64,000 nucleotides of DNA from Podarcis gaigeae. Taxonomy: Eukaryota. The position numbers were made by a program, and so were the translations under genes. The stretch is taken from assembly GCA_964106915.2 (NCBI GenBank), contig OZ066925.1; one strand, given 5' to 3'. Below the pieces are notes generated by a model. The model was not told the origin of the DNA. It worked only from the letters and a program-made list of their open reading frames with translations, and made no database searches. Shown here piece after piece: positions 1-13,859 of the stretch (positions are counted from its first letter, which is position 1; every line of letters starts with the position of its first letter).

Positions 1-79
1 GATCTCCATAATTATGTAACGGGTAGTCCGGGCCATTTGGATAGCGACCGCAAAATGAGTTTACAAAATAAGAGCTCAT
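1..79 (-). CDS. HOXA5: Homeobox protein Hox-A5, exon 1 5' end (continues past the window start)
   Basis: Reverse complement from ATG at 79 reads [26 protein letters not shown], the paralog-5 N-terminus; lies directly 3' of HoxA6. Not in the ORF track. Confidence 0.95.
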   Translation of the reverse strand, partial: MSSYFVNSFCGRYPNGPDYPLHNYGD

Positions 80-201
80 TTGTTTTTTTTGTTGATGATG
101 ATTTTTTTGTTGTTGTTGTTGGTTGGGATTTTTTTGTTGCTTTTTTTTTTGATCGGGGGGCTTGATTTGTGGCTCTTTGCTTCGTTTTTTGGTGCGTCTA
201 T

Positions 202-373
202 NNNNNNNNNNNNNNNNNNNNNNNNNNNNNNNNNNNNNNNNNNNNNNNNNNNNNNNNNNNNNNNNNNNNNNNNNNNNNNNNNNNNNNNNNNNNNNNNNNN
301 NNNNNNNNNNNNNNNNNNNNNNNNNNNNNNNNNNNNNNNNNNNNNNNNNNNNNNNNNNNNNNNNNNNNNNNNN
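202..373. other. Assembly gap covering the HoxA5 5'UTR/proximal promoter
   Basis: N run; flanking 80-200 is T-run rich and looks low quality. Confidence 0.98.
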
Positions 374-458
374 AGTTTGGGTGGATGCTGGAAGGGCTGG
401 GGCGCGCGCGCCGGCGCGCGCACCCGGCCGCCAGCTCGCGACTGTCAGTCGGCCTCGT

Positions 459-472
459 GCGCCACCCTCTGG
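459..472 (-). promoter_or_regulatory. Putative CTCF site between HoxA5 and HoxA6 (C5|6-like)
   Basis: Minus strand CCAGAGGGTGGCGC fits the CTCF core CCASYAGRKGGCRS; position matches the known A5|A6 boundary site. Confidence 0.65.
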
Positions 473-1596
473 AGGAAAGCGGGATCTTCACCTCCGCAAC
501 AACCCCCCCCCCGCCCCAGCCAGGGGCTTACTCGCAAGTCTGGGGTCGAATCGAGGTTACAGCCCATTATAGCAAAATTATGGCATCTCTCACACAGTTC
601 CATTAGTATGGACCAATTTTTAAGGGCTATCGGCTCCAGATCAGAAAACCAGCAAGAATTCAGAAGCATAGGGGAGAAATAATATATTCAATCTTTCCTT
701 TTCAGTAAGATTCCTTTTAATCTTGCACATTCCTTTATTATTTTCTAACATTCCCCATTCTGCTAGAGATTCTTTACAAAGAAAAGCTATATAAATAGAG
801 AGAGCCATATATATATATAGGGATTTCTTTTGCAGGAGGAAGGGAAAAGACTAATTATTATTGAAGCCAATTAGAGGAAAGCAATAAACCCCAACATTCT
901 AGCAACAATTACTATGGTGTCCTTTTTTCTCAGGCGCTTGAAAAACCAGGATAAAAGGGGTGGCGGGGGATCGATCGCTGTGTATTTTTAAAGATCAGTG
1001 CCGATTTCAAAATTTCCTACAGCTGAGCTGTTCTCTAAGCCTCTTTTAAACAGCCTGGATCTAAAAGCAAGCAAACCCCAGTATCATTTAATGACACCAT
1101 GGCATATTCTCTGCCTCCCCCACCCAATTTCACAACAACATATATATATATAATGGTAGTGATCTTTTGAGGGGTAGGTTTTCACTATTTCACTTTTATT
1201 TGTATTCAGAGTCATTTCCCAAAAAGTACACTTTTCATAGTATCGAAAAAGACCTTTGCATTTCCACATATAGACAGAGGACGCCAAACACACTTAATCG
1301 CATATATAAAGCCACATTTTCACTGTCACTGTTATTTAAAGCAAACCGTGCTTGCGCCGGATCCTTCTTCCACACATTCTCAATGAAAGCATAGAATAGT
1401 AGCTACATTTCGACTTTGCTTCCATCACCATCATAATTTACTGTCGTTGTTTAGAAATTTAACCAAATGTGATGGGGGGGGGGGGTTTGGGGAAACAGCC
1501 ACGATTCAGTATTCTGCCTGCTCCTTCAACAGTACTCAGAAATCAAAGTTACCCTCGATATTCAAGTTGTGTTTATGAGCGTGCATATACGTGTGT

Positions 1597-1597
<1 letters not shown>

Positions 1598-1627
<30 letters not shown>
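1598..1627. repeat. (CA)n microsatellite
   Basis: Direct inspection. Confidence 0.95.
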
Positions 1628-1630
<3 letters not shown>

Positions 1631-2644
1631 CTCTAATTCGAACTCTACCCATCTCTGCCTGCCTGGAGATACTTCTCCCTTCACTTGTTGTGCTTTTAAT
1701 TACAGTATTTTGAGCTTTGTGGGTTTTGTTTTTTTTAATGCAGGCTTTTGCTAATTAAAACAAAGCAATACGCAAATATGTGGCCATTTTGAAACACCCA
1801 TAGCGGTTCATCAACACTTCAACATTAAATACAACATTGTTGTTGTATTTAAAACAACAACAACAGAAAAACGTTTAATCTCATTATTGAAATTTCCCCT
1901 TTCCCTATTTTATTTTTTTTGGTGGGGTGGGATCCTAACTATATATTTCAATCATATGTACAAGGAAACACGCTTTTCCTAATCTGTACTGTAATATTTC
2001 GGTGACATAAAGTCGCCATAGTGGCAACTTTAATCATGGAGTCTTTTTTTTTTGTATTTTTTTAAAAAATCCGAATGAATAGGCTCAGGTCTGAGGTGAA
2101 AAGGAGACGAACAATGGCACCAATCTATCCCGAGTTAGCAGCAAAGACATAAATAAGACGCCTGTACATCTCTGGCCGTCCTAGAATATGGAGGTTTCCC
2201 TCTGAGCAAGCGACCGCCGCTCCCCCTTTTTTTGTCCACCAGTTTCCAGTCTTTCATATTAACACCGATGCTCCACTTCAAAGTTTGTTTGGTGTGGGGT
2301 TTTTTTTAAAAAAAGAATCTTGATACCATCTGAAGCACATCCTAGCCTACACTTTGGAGACCTGGTTATGTACACCACTCTCTTCCTTGTCCATTTATCC
2401 TACCGATCCAGAAATTCACAGTTAATTGCAAATATATATAGATATATATAAATAGGTATATATTTTAATCAAGCCTTTGAAAGTCGTCAGAACCATTACA
2501 ATACGAATTATATCTATATATATATATATATATTCCTGGAGGAACATAAGAGGGGAGGGGGTAAGGGGAGATGTAAAGAGCAACTAATGAAAGGGTATGG
2601 TGGCAATTCCACACACACACACCCGCCTCGTTGTAAGCATTGTT

Positions 2645-2926
<282 letters not shown>

Positions 2927-3306
2927 TCAGTTGAAGAGGCCTTCGTCCTTTCTGTTAACAATGGAGGAAAACTGCTTCGAGCTGCGCTGGTGTGTGTGTT
3001 TTCTCCCCCCTTTCTCTCCCACCCCCAGCCCATATCCTTGCATAGGAAGATATAAGGAGATGCGTGGGGAAGGTTCAGTCCCTTCCTCAACGTTTCCCGG
3101 GTTAAATCTATCCCAGGGATATCTAGTTGGTAGCAGAACTTTGGGAAGCGAATGTTCGTATTGACGTCGGGGCTAAAATTCCGCGCTCAACACGCAGAAA
3201 ATACCCTCATATGGCACGCAAACGGGCACATATGCACACGCTGTGACTGACTCTGTGTGGGGTGTGTAACATTTCTATCTCGCTGTGGCGTCGGCAAAAA
3301 AACTCA

Positions 3307-3395
3307 GGCTGTAATCCTATACCCATCTACCTGGGAGTAAATCCCATTGAACTCAACAGAACCTACTTATAAGTGAACATGCCTAAGATCACGCC
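3307..3395. mobile_element. ~90-bp imperfect palindromic MITE-like element (HoxA6 intron)
   Basis: Ends GGCTGTAATCCTA...TAAGATCACGCC; core GGGAGTAAATCCCATTGAACTCA shared with other copies. Confidence 0.7.
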
Positions 3396-4597
3396 GATAG
3401 GGTACCTGGGCAGGATCCGGACAAAGTTAAGCAGTTCCATTGGTTTTCAGAGGCATGCTCGAGCAGGCGCACGTCCTTAACTCTGCTCTATTTAAAATAA
3501 GTGCGACCTGAAAGTGCTTAATTTTGTCTGGACCACGACCTTTCATAATAATTAAAGCAACAGATACCAGTTCCTGAGCTCATTTATTTGCAAGGCCCTT
3601 GATTTCAGTAAAGCCTACTTTCAAGCAAGTGCTCTTAGGATGGCAGCCTAGAAACGAAGTATAATTACAAAGAAATAAATCCTAATATGCATTCTTAAAG
3701 CAACAAGCCCCCACCTCATATTTACTGCAGAGTGCTGCCCCCAAAAGAAACAAACTCACAACGGAGAAGGTAAACCTTATGTAGGAAAAACCTGAATAAA
3801 AATGCGTCGTGGAGTTTAAATTTTGCATGGCTTTTCTCTTTTCCTTTAAGAAGGACAAAGGATGAAATTCTGATCCATTGAAATCAATGGGAATTTGGCC
3901 ATTGATCAAGTTTCCTCTCTTCCCACCTCCTCCGCCCCCAGTAGATGATTTGTGTGCGTGCACATATTACTGGAAAACGTGCATTCAGTAGCTAATACTT
4001 ACACACTAATGAGTGGGTGAAGGGAGGGGGGAGAGAGGATCTGTCTTGCAAATATATTGAGCAGTCAATACAGAGGGCATATCCCTCCGCATCAGTCTCT
4101 GGCTCTCATGGAAGCGGGCTTCTTTTAATCATGAATATTTCGTACTAGTAGCAGCAGTAACCACCACCCAAGCCTACAACGAGCACCAGATCTTAGTACT
4201 TTATACCGAACTGGCTCTCAGGTATGATTGTTTGGGCATTGCAACCTTTATCTGCTGACTCAGACTTTAGGCGACCTTTCCTTTTAAAAAAATAAATAAA
4301 TGCATACTTCTTCAAAGTAAACCCCCCACCCCACCCCACCTCACCCCGCCCAGCAAAGTGTCAGGATAGAGAAGAACCTGGAGAGGAATCTCAGTCTACC
4401 CATTTGCTTGCAGGTGACACTGGTCTTCATAGATCCAGCTCCCCCCCCCCCCTGCAAAAAAAAAACCGTCTCATATTCCTCCATCCTCCCCCAAAGCCCT
4501 TTATCTCTCTCCCCCCTCACCTTCACTTTCACCCTCTCTCGACCGACCGCCCGCCCGCCCGCCCCCCTTGAGTCTTGCTTGCATCTCTGTGACTTAC

Positions 4598-5048
4598 CAG
4601 CGCACGAGTTCATCCTTTGCATCCAAGGATAAACAGGGCTGCTGTACTTCCGGTCGCTTCCTTCCTCGTTTAGGATTTTGGCCGGCCCGCTCTCGGTCTT
4701 GTACTGCTGGTCAGAAGCAAAGCAGGGCAGATAGTCCCCAGGGTGTCCGGCCCTTTGCTTGCCACTGCCGGAGGGCGAGGAGGCGCCGCCCAACTCCTTG
4801 TCTGGATAGAAGCAGGAGGCTCCATAGTCATAGGATGCCCGGTTGCAGGCGATGACCGTGTTGGTGGACTGTTGATAGAAGCAAGGTGAGGAGTAGGTCT
4901 TGTCCTGCAGGCTGCCGGCCCCATAAGAGGCTGGGAAGTGCCTCAGAGCCTCGTACCCAGCTGGGTAGATGGGGATCTGCCCGAGGAACGACTCCTGCCC
5001 ATTAGGCAGGCTCCCCGGGAAAGTGGGATTCACAAAATAGGAACTCAT
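4598..5048 (-). CDS. HOXA6: Hox-A6 exon 1; spliced protein 235 aa
   Basis: [15 protein letters not shown]...[13 protein letters not shown] with YPWM hexapeptide; donor G|GTAAGT; 451+257 nt = 236 codons. Confidence 0.97.
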
Positions 5049-6559
5049 TGACGCTCCCCAGATCCCGGACCGTGATTTGTTGTGTATTAGTACATCTGGC
5101 TATAACTATTAGTAGTCATCGAAGTGGTTTGTTTCTGGATGGCCGAGCGCCAAAAGCGACAGCAGCAAATAGCACCAGCTGATGGCTGGGCGACCAATGA
5201 GAGAGCGGCGGAGGGCCCTTCTCCCCTGGGACCCGCCGCCACCGAACCAGCAAAGTTACAAACAACACCCCCCAGCCGCCGTATCTCAGCCGCCGCCGGA
5301 GCCCGGCAGATGGATGGCAACTTGGAAACAGCGGTTATCGTCCGCTGTGCCAAAAAGCTGGAGGCGTGGGGACGGCTAGAGAGGAATTGGGTGTGTGTGT
5401 GTGTGTGTGTGTGTGTGTTGTTGTTGTATAGATAAATAAATCAAGGTGATTGTAGACACCCAGAGCACAACCCCGCTGGCATCTGCAAGCAAAAGAGGCA
5501 CCTCTGCAAAGTTAGGGTGTCTAGACTGAAGGAGTTATGAAGCAGCACCCAGGAAACTCCCCATTGCCCCCTCTCCATTGATTCTCCCGCCAGGACCCTT
5601 CAGCCTCCCCCCTCCCCGGAAGATGAAAGCAAGGCAGCCGGTTGGTTGATTTATGTGGTATCTAAGAATTTTAAAAATATAATAAGAAAATGTCAAACAA
5701 GTTCGAAAACGGGAACTTTTGCTCACTGACCGGATTAAAAACAAACCACCTCAATTAAAAGCTTCAATTATTTTCACATATTCCTAGTCCGGGGTGGGGC
5801 GGGGAGAATAAGCTTAGTCATACAAGGCTTCCCAAAAGGTTTCGATTCAGGTAATAATAATAATAATAATAATTAATAATAATAATATCGAATACAGCTT
5901 AGCCTAGTTTTATTTGGTTAGTAAGAAAACACGCGGACGCAGATACGCCTCTCTGCAATAATTCTTCTTCTTTGAGCCTCTTGGTAGCTGAGGAAAAGAA
6001 TCTCGCCTGTTAAGCTTAACCCAGACAATTTTAATAGTAATTCGGAAAGCAGGAAAGAATTGAGGATGTCTCGACGTGGTTGTTATTGTGTGTTGGCAGT
6101 GGGTGGTGTGGGGGTTTTTTTGTTATTGTTTTTGGCAAAGGAATCCTCTCGAAAGTAGCTGAGGATACGACATCAGAAGCTTTGAAAAGGCTGAATCATT
6201 CCGGCAAGGACAGGCTTGTTTTTCTTGTTGACATTTTTTAACTCGTCAAGGAATATATCCGCAGCTTTAGTCCTTGTTTTTGTCTCAGTCTGGCAGGCAG
6301 AGGGGAAACCCGTCATGGCGAACTCTGCACAAATGCCCTTTATAGCCAGTACTTTGGGTGGTGGGGCTGCCCCTCTTCATATTTATATTTAACCTGTCTG
6401 CTGTGGACTCCCCCAGGCATCACCTAGCAAGCAGCACACTAATCCCTCCCCCACAAACGTGGTGGAAATTTTAGGGTAATGAAAAGAAGGGTACGCCTAG
6501 GCCTAAGGTAGCAAAAGCGGTAATGCTAACATCTGAGAGATCCACGCTTTTAATACATC

Positions 6560-6655
6560 TGGTTCATTTCTAAGCACGTTTACTCAGAAGTAAGTCCCCC
6601 CCCCCCAGCCCATTAGGACTTTGGTCCCAAGTAAAGTGTCTTTAGGGCAGAGGCC
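6560..6655. mobile_element. MITE-like palindromic element copy
   Basis: TTTACTCAGAAGTAAGTCCC...GGACTT...CCCAAGTAAA. Confidence 0.6.
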
Positions 6656-7427
6656 CACAAAATGTTTTCTGTGCCAATTGCCTGGGTAGCGATTTACACT
6701 TCCCTCCACAGACTCGGGTTTTTGAATGGGCGCTTTAAAAACTATCCCTCAATTGGCTTTAAAGCCGTGAGCTTTGTCCCAGTTGCAATCTGGTTTGTTT
6801 CATTTCCGGAGTCCCATTACGGGATCTATAAAACAGCAGTAAGTTAAAACGTCTCCCCACCGTGTGCATTGTTTGCGCCCCTCATCGGGGTTTCACAGGC
6901 AACTCTCGATTACCTCCAATAATGGCGAGTGCTTTCAAAGGACTTCCCCAATCTTTCCGCTAAAAGGTTACCTATAAATGCAATCGATAGTATAGGTGGG
7001 AGAGCTCAGAAGCAGAAAAACAGGAAGCTGACCATTCGCCGAGAACAACAAAAACGAGTCAATCACGTTTCAAACATTTTTACAGTGCAGATATATAACG
7101 TCAGGATGCACAAGTCACTCGAAAGTGGGGAACTTCATACGGTTGAAGGACAGGTAAAACATTTATTCACTTCTCTATTAATATTTTCTGGAAGTTGTGC
7201 TAAGGTTTCCCTTCCCATCAGTTTTAATGAACCAAAATGCCACTCTCAAATCATCCTGTAAAGACCAGCAGCCAGGAAAAATATAAACTGCAGGGAAGTG
7301 TCTGTAAATTCAGCGCAATATAACGAAGGAATCTCCCTCATTTTTTTTTTACTCACCAAGAACCAAACAAAGCAGAATTTAAAGTAGAAAAGTGCATGCA
7401 ACGCTCACCAGGTCTCTTAACGAGGTT

Positions 7428-7558
7428 NNNNNNNNNNNNNNNNNNNNNNNNNNNNNNNNNNNNNNNNNNNNNNNNNNNNNNNNNNNNNNNNNNNNNNNNN
7501 NNNNNNNNNNNNNNNNNNNNNNNNNNNNNNNNNNNNNNNNNNNNNNNNNNNNNNNNNN
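7428..7558. other. Assembly gap
   Basis: N run. Confidence 0.98.
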
Positions 7559-9734
7559 TTGCCATAGACTGCAGCTTCTCAAATGAACCCAGACAAGCTC
7601 CCGGAGACACATTCCTAACCCAAGCAAGGTAAACAGCTGGAGTGGCCCCGTTTAAAAGAAAACATGCAAAACTCCAAAACTTTTTAAAATATATATATAT
7701 ATAGCAGTACCCATCGATTTAAAATGTGTGACTACCCGTTTAACAGTGCGAGGATTTCCCCCATCCACCCCCCCCCCTTTCCTCTCGGGCTTTCATTCAA
7801 TCGAAGCCATAAGTCAAACAAAGTTAGAATACAGGTGCGGGGGGGGGGCAGTTACCCTCTTAAGCTTAAAAGCTCCGTTTCCCTAAGGTATAATTCCACT
7901 TGCAAATCCTTCTTAGGTTCAGAGATGTAATAGAAAGCAACATTTAGCTAACAGCCGCTAATCCAAACAGTTCTCTCCTTCCAATTCACCACGCCAAAAC
8001 ATTCAGTTCAACAACAATATCTTTCCGGGGTGTCCCCTTCAAATCCCGTCTGCCACGTAAATTTTTTAAGCTCTCGCGGAAAAAGAATCCTTAAAGCGAT
8101 GCGGCTTGAGGTGGGCAACTGAAGGCCGATTTTTACAAATAGAGTTTTCCAATGGAGAACCACCCGCTACGTTCTGCGGGGGTGTGTGTGTGTGTGTGTG
8201 TTTGGATGTGTGTGTGTGTGATACTGGCGGTTGCCCCAGCTCACTCTGCGTCCAGTACCACCTTCAACCACACAGTGGCAGCACTGAGTACACTCCACTT
8301 GGCGATAAATAATCCGACATTCACTGCGGTTGCAGTCAGCCAGATACTGCAGTGCAATGCACACGTAATTCTTTATCAGCTCGGAGAAGTGGGGGGGGGG
8401 ACACCCATCGTTCTGAACACATAAGATAATTGCTTCTAATCTTTAACAACTGAAATGAATATTTGAAGATATGCAATCCGAAATATCTTCCTCCCAGAAA
8501 ACCTTTTTAAGGAGGCGACACAAAATGGGCGCATAACACAAAATTACATATCCTTACGAAAATATTGCTTCACCACATCCCTCCACCTACACCAATTTTG
8601 AGGATAATTTTCTATTATTTCATTAACCTGTTTTTCTCTCACATCCACACAAACACTCCCCCGTCTCCACCAAACAAAAAGCCGCATTTTGTGATTCTGA
8701 AGTAAGCTTCCTTATTGCATTTAATCCTTAGTTATCATTAAGGAACAAGCTGCATTTCGGGACTTTAAAAAGCTCCTAATGTTATCCAGGCGCCATACAA
8801 TATATGTGACTACCATGCTATTGTACGCACTTCTTCATCTGAAGATGGAGCAATCCAGTGCATGCATAATCTAACCTCTGACGTTACCGGAATTAATTTC
8901 CACCTAACATCTAAAATGAAGCGATAAGTTCCCAAACTCTCTATTTACATCGACAGATCTCATAGCAACAACAACCACGCATTAAACACAAAAAAGTCAA
9001 AACGCACCCGCTTTGCTTAAATTCACATTTTAGAAGCATTCCAGCTCTGCCTTACTATCAACGCAGCATTTAATGAGACGGTTTCTAAAATCTCCCGTAG
9101 CTTCAAAAAAAATACAGGTTATTCTTAAGCAAATGTAGCTGCAGCCGGTGCTAAAATAGCATATCTACAGGCTCACTAGCAGTTCTGGTCTGTTTTGATT
9201 GCACCCGGCACAATCCAGGAAGCTTAGAGAGTCAATTGGCACCATCGCACCTTGGGCGGATCAACATTCTATGTCTAATCTGTTTCAGAGAAGGATGCTG
9301 ATTTTCCAGGTTTGTCTAGTCTAATGTTATAACAGGGGTTGCTCGCTCATGCTGGTAGTTCTCTGAATTTCTCACCTTTTTAGGTTCTGGCTTGCAGGAG
9401 CCCCTGCTACTCTGACAGCTGTCGCTTTGGCTGCACCGGAGACGAATCGCCCTCCTTTTGGTGCCAGAAGAAGCAGGAAATTAGCCAGGTTGCGAGTTGA
9501 AAATCTGCCACTCCAGCGCTTTGAATCCAATATGCCACACCTTCCGGCGGAGGAACTGGAAATTGCCATCCAAGACCAGCGTTCTAGGCGACTGCCTGCT
9601 CCGAACCTCCATCCACCCGGCTCCCTATTGACTTACAAAGGACAAATGAAAATCGGGGGTGGTGGAGGTGGGGGGGGGGCTGAAAAGCCAGAGAGATCCG
9701 AAGCAGGACAGAGCTGAGCAAAAGAATGCAGCTC

Positions 9735-9880
9735 TATTCTCGCCAGGGAAATTATAAAAAAGTTCATGTTCACGGTTGCCATCCACATGACCACCGGCAA
9801 CCAATGGAGGAACGGAACCACTCATAAAGTTGTATTGCAAAGTTGTAAATTTTCATAAACAACAACGGATTTATGGCTCT
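9735..9880 (-). promoter_or_regulatory. Conserved A7-A6 intergenic element (H8/7-6 'four-cluster sequence'-like), likely distal promoter
   Basis: CCAAT, CACATG E-box, clustered CATAAA/TTTATG Cdx/Hox-type sites; position matches the element known in gnathostome Hox clusters. Confidence 0.65.
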
Positions 9881-11741
9881 TTCCTCTTCACTAAGAAAGA
9901 GGCAGGACTTAGAGAGGCGCCATTTTACCAGAGAGGCAAGCTCTAGATTTTTTAAAGGACCCACAGTCTGGACAATTTTGAATTGTATTTTATAATAGGG
10001 GGGATATTAAAACTGTGCCACACGCACAGAACAGCAGGAAATCTGCCCTTATTCACTCACCACTCTTATTTATCTTTCCATATATATATATATAAATGAG
10101 AGATAGCACTCAGTTTTGCTTTAAATGAATAAAAAGGGGGCGGGGAGAAACATTGTTCGTAGGAGAAATATTTTGGGAATATGCTATGGAAATAGGTTCT
10201 ATACGTATTATATCTTTGGTAATGGCATTGTCCTTAATTCCGTGTTCCGGGGGCTACCGCGCACCCTCCAGACGGCGCCTTAAAGCGCCTTATAGTCATT
10301 CCATTCCAGAAATTTCGGTGACTTCCTCTCCAAAGTGCGGACTATACCAGTTTATATGTACCTCGCGAGATGCGTTTGAAAAACAAATCCTGAATTAGTT
10401 AATTAGGACCTACTTCGAAATCAGATGTATGTTTTCCAACGAACCAGTAGACTCATCTTAAGCAAAATCTCTCTTCTATATGCCCATTATACTATGGGGA
10501 AGGAACTCTGATTGGAATCCACGAGATTTCCGCCCAAGTAATATTTGGGTTGCTTGCTGGGTGGCTAGCAGCCTGCTCGCTCATTCTCATATATAAAGTA
10601 GATCACTGTGAGAGCAGATCTTAGTGATTATATTAACATTCATTTCCAAGTACCAGGTTGAGAAAGTTATCGTTAGTTGCTTTTGGGTTGTTTTGTATAT
10701 ACTCGGGACTTTCGCATTTGGATACGGGTCTGCATGTGTGCCTAGATGTGTATATAAATGTTTATATAGATATGTAACTTTTAATAATAAAAAAGAAAGG
10801 ATATTTTGTCAACAAGCATTTTTTATTTCTGTGTAACATAAAACACATCGAACGTGGGCGATACACGACAGCACCTCCGAAGAGTATTCACGCAGACGCA
10901 CACACACACGCACTTCCCGCCCCCTTCAATTTTAACACGAGATACCTCAATGTTCACAGTGGAAAAACACATTGTAACGTACATTTTATGAATAAAGTTT
11001 AGCCAAAACTTTCAGGCAGAATTTATTTATACAGAGTTGTCGACGTTGCTTCATGCTACAAAGTTTGCCTAACCAAGTACAGGCTTCCCAGCAGATGACA
11101 TGGTATATTTATCAATGAGGTCCAAGAAAATCTGAAATGGCTCAAGCCTCCCTCGATCCAATATACAATATTCGTTCATTGTTATGAAAATTAACGCTGC
11201 TTCAGACTTAACACATTCTGGCAATAGGGAGAAGGGAATAAGGTGGCTGAGAATAGGTATATGTGGCCGGTGCTTAAATTCACATCTTTTTTTCAATTTG
11301 TTGCTTTGTGGTTTTTTCAGTTGCATCAAGCAGAATGGTAGAAAACTCAAAAGGGAACACTAAATCGGCCATGAACAGAGCCGCACAAAAAGGACGCGAT
11401 GAAACCGCTTTGTACAAATCCATTGCGATGGTTTAACCTCCATCAAATTCGGCCTAGCGAAGACTTGTGTGACGAAAGCTTACATTGCAGCATATTGTTT
11501 CCACTTAATAACAGCCTTAGAATAAATTTATTATTATTATTATTATTATTATTTAAAAACTTTAAATTATACTCAACAACACCAGGCATCAAATCCTGTG
11601 GCGGACTTGGGAAGGCCTCCCATTGCAATTGTTTTCCCTTTTATACCTTATGCGCTACGCTTCATGTCCTGCGAGGAAGTCCGCTTAAAGTATTGTCATC
11701 TTTCCTTTTTGCATTAATAAAATACAGCATAATTTTGAAGA

Positions 11742-12020
11742 TAGGTAGGCGGAGCTAGATAATAGGTAGTTTGGAAAATAGGTAGTACAAATCACTGCAG
11801 CTGAGTGTAGTGGTTTAAGTCATTGTTTTTCCCCGCATAGAATTCGAAATTCCCCACCCGCCCCAAATCCTTCTTCAGGTTATTTTAAACAAAGAAACAA
11901 GAACAAAAAATTCAGTAACTGGAAGTACATCGATCCTCAGCGTAAATTAGGTAGTTTGAGTGTGAGCCTAATGCACTTGTCCCTTAGCGATTGATTGGGA
12001 CCAGTACAGTCAGGTAGTTT
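11742..12020 (-). promoter_or_regulatory. Five miR-196 seed matches in the presumed HoxA7 3'UTR
   Basis: Plus strand TAGGTAG 11742, TAGGTAGTTT 11763, TAGGTAGT 11779, TAGGTAGTTT 11948, AGGTAGTTT 12012. Confidence 0.85.
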
Positions 12021-12465
12021 ATTTGGAAGTTAAACTATATGGGGCTCCCCCAGCGTTTCCCCCCCCTTTCCTTTTTCTTATTATGTGCAAGTTACGACAC
12101 CCCCCTCCCCTCACAGATATAAGGGCGGGGAGAAAAATCTATCCGTCTATCATGTAACAAAAAATAATAATACAACAGGTTTGGACATTCACAGCCAAAC
12201 TGGTCCGGGTGTTCAAGTGATAATTTTACTCTTAGTTTACACAGAGCTGTGTCTCGGATGCTCTGGGAATGCGGAAGGGCCAGTCGAGGTGAACTCACCT
12301 CTCCCCCCATCCCTTATAATTGGAATTGGCGATTGCAAGGGTCTCCTTTTTAAATAGATTTTAATTATTATTTGAAGAGAGCGTTTACAATGTCACGTGC
12401 ATACAGAAGACGAGCGCTGGGCTCCGGCGAGCGAGAGCCCGGGAGAGGGGGGGGGAGTTGTCCGT

Positions 12466-12870
<405 letters not shown>

Positions 12871-12872
12871 CA

Positions 12873-13057
12873 NNNNNNNNNNNNNNNNNNNNNNNNNNNN
12901 NNNNNNNNNNNNNNNNNNNNNNNNNNNNNNNNNNNNNNNNNNNNNNNNNNNNNNNNNNNNNNNNNNNNNNNNNNNNNNNNNNNNNNNNNNNNNNNNNNNN
13001 NNNNNNNNNNNNNNNNNNNNNNNNNNNNNNNNNNNNNNNNNNNNNNNNNNNNNNNNN
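12873..13057. other. Assembly gap in HoxA7 intron
   Basis: N run. Confidence 0.98.
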
Positions 13058-13059
13058 GC

Positions 13060-13190
13060 ATTTCAAGCCTACTCAGAAGTAAGCTCCATTGAGTCCAGCA
13101 AGGCGTAACTTCCTGGCCAATGGGTAGAAGCTGACCGTCCAATTCTGAGACACGTCTACTCGGAAGCAAATCCCACTGACTTCCTGCACA
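13060..13190. mobile_element. MITE-like element copies (HoxA7 intron)
   Basis: CTACTCAGAAGTAAGCTCCATTGA and CTACTCGGAAGCAAATCCCACTGA. Confidence 0.6.
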
Positions 13191-13859
13191 GTATATTAAA
13201 AACTGAAGGCTTAGCTGTCCCTCAAGTGCCCCGGGCAAAGCCGGGAGAGACAGGATCGGTGGAGGAATTCGGGTTTTAACCATGTAGTTTAAATGAATAA
13301 ACCCAGGCGGGGAAAAGAGGGCGATTGACTGAAAGCAAACCCTCTCCGGTTTGCCCGCCACATTCCAGACTCTGGCGGAAGTCAAAGCGGTGTCTGGAAC
13401 TCAGGGCTCGCTTTCGCTCCCAGTTAAAAGAGCAGGTCTTCCTGTCCTCCCGCAAAATTAACTGCAGGTTCGGGTTTGCGTCGCTCCAATAACCCCTTTC
13501 TTTATTGACATGCCTGACCGTCTATATTTCTTGCGGAGGGTGGGTGAGATAAATATTAGGGAATCAAACGTTTTCGCTCACTCCAAGAATAGAAAGATCC
13601 ATTTTCCCCCTCATATTTTCCCCCCCTCTCTCTCTCTGATACGTCCCCCACCCCAGTCCGCACCCCCGGCTCTTCTCTCACTCAGCATTACTCCCCCCCT
13701 CCTTCGCCAGTGCGGGCGTGGAGAAGCGAGGCTCTCCCCCTGCCAGTCTCCGGCCACCTTCGCCATCACCCTTCCCATATTTCCCTAGGGCCCCGACCAA
13801 AAATTCAACCCAACGCTCCCATTCCATATGGGGGGGGGGGAGAGAAAGAGAGAGAGAGT

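Noticed and set aside
76-682. ORFs spanning the first N gap (likewise 7353-7632 and 12770-13385)
   Set aside because: Artefacts of N runs lacking stop codons
5303-5316. CCGGCAGATGGATG as the C6|7 CTCF site
   Set aside because: Mismatch at the key GGC position and opposite orientation to the other sites; too weak to call
6826-6845. Plus-strand TATAAAA as an antisense promoter
   Set aside because: Followed within a few bases by a donor-like GTAAGT; more simply a Cdx/Hox site in a conserved block
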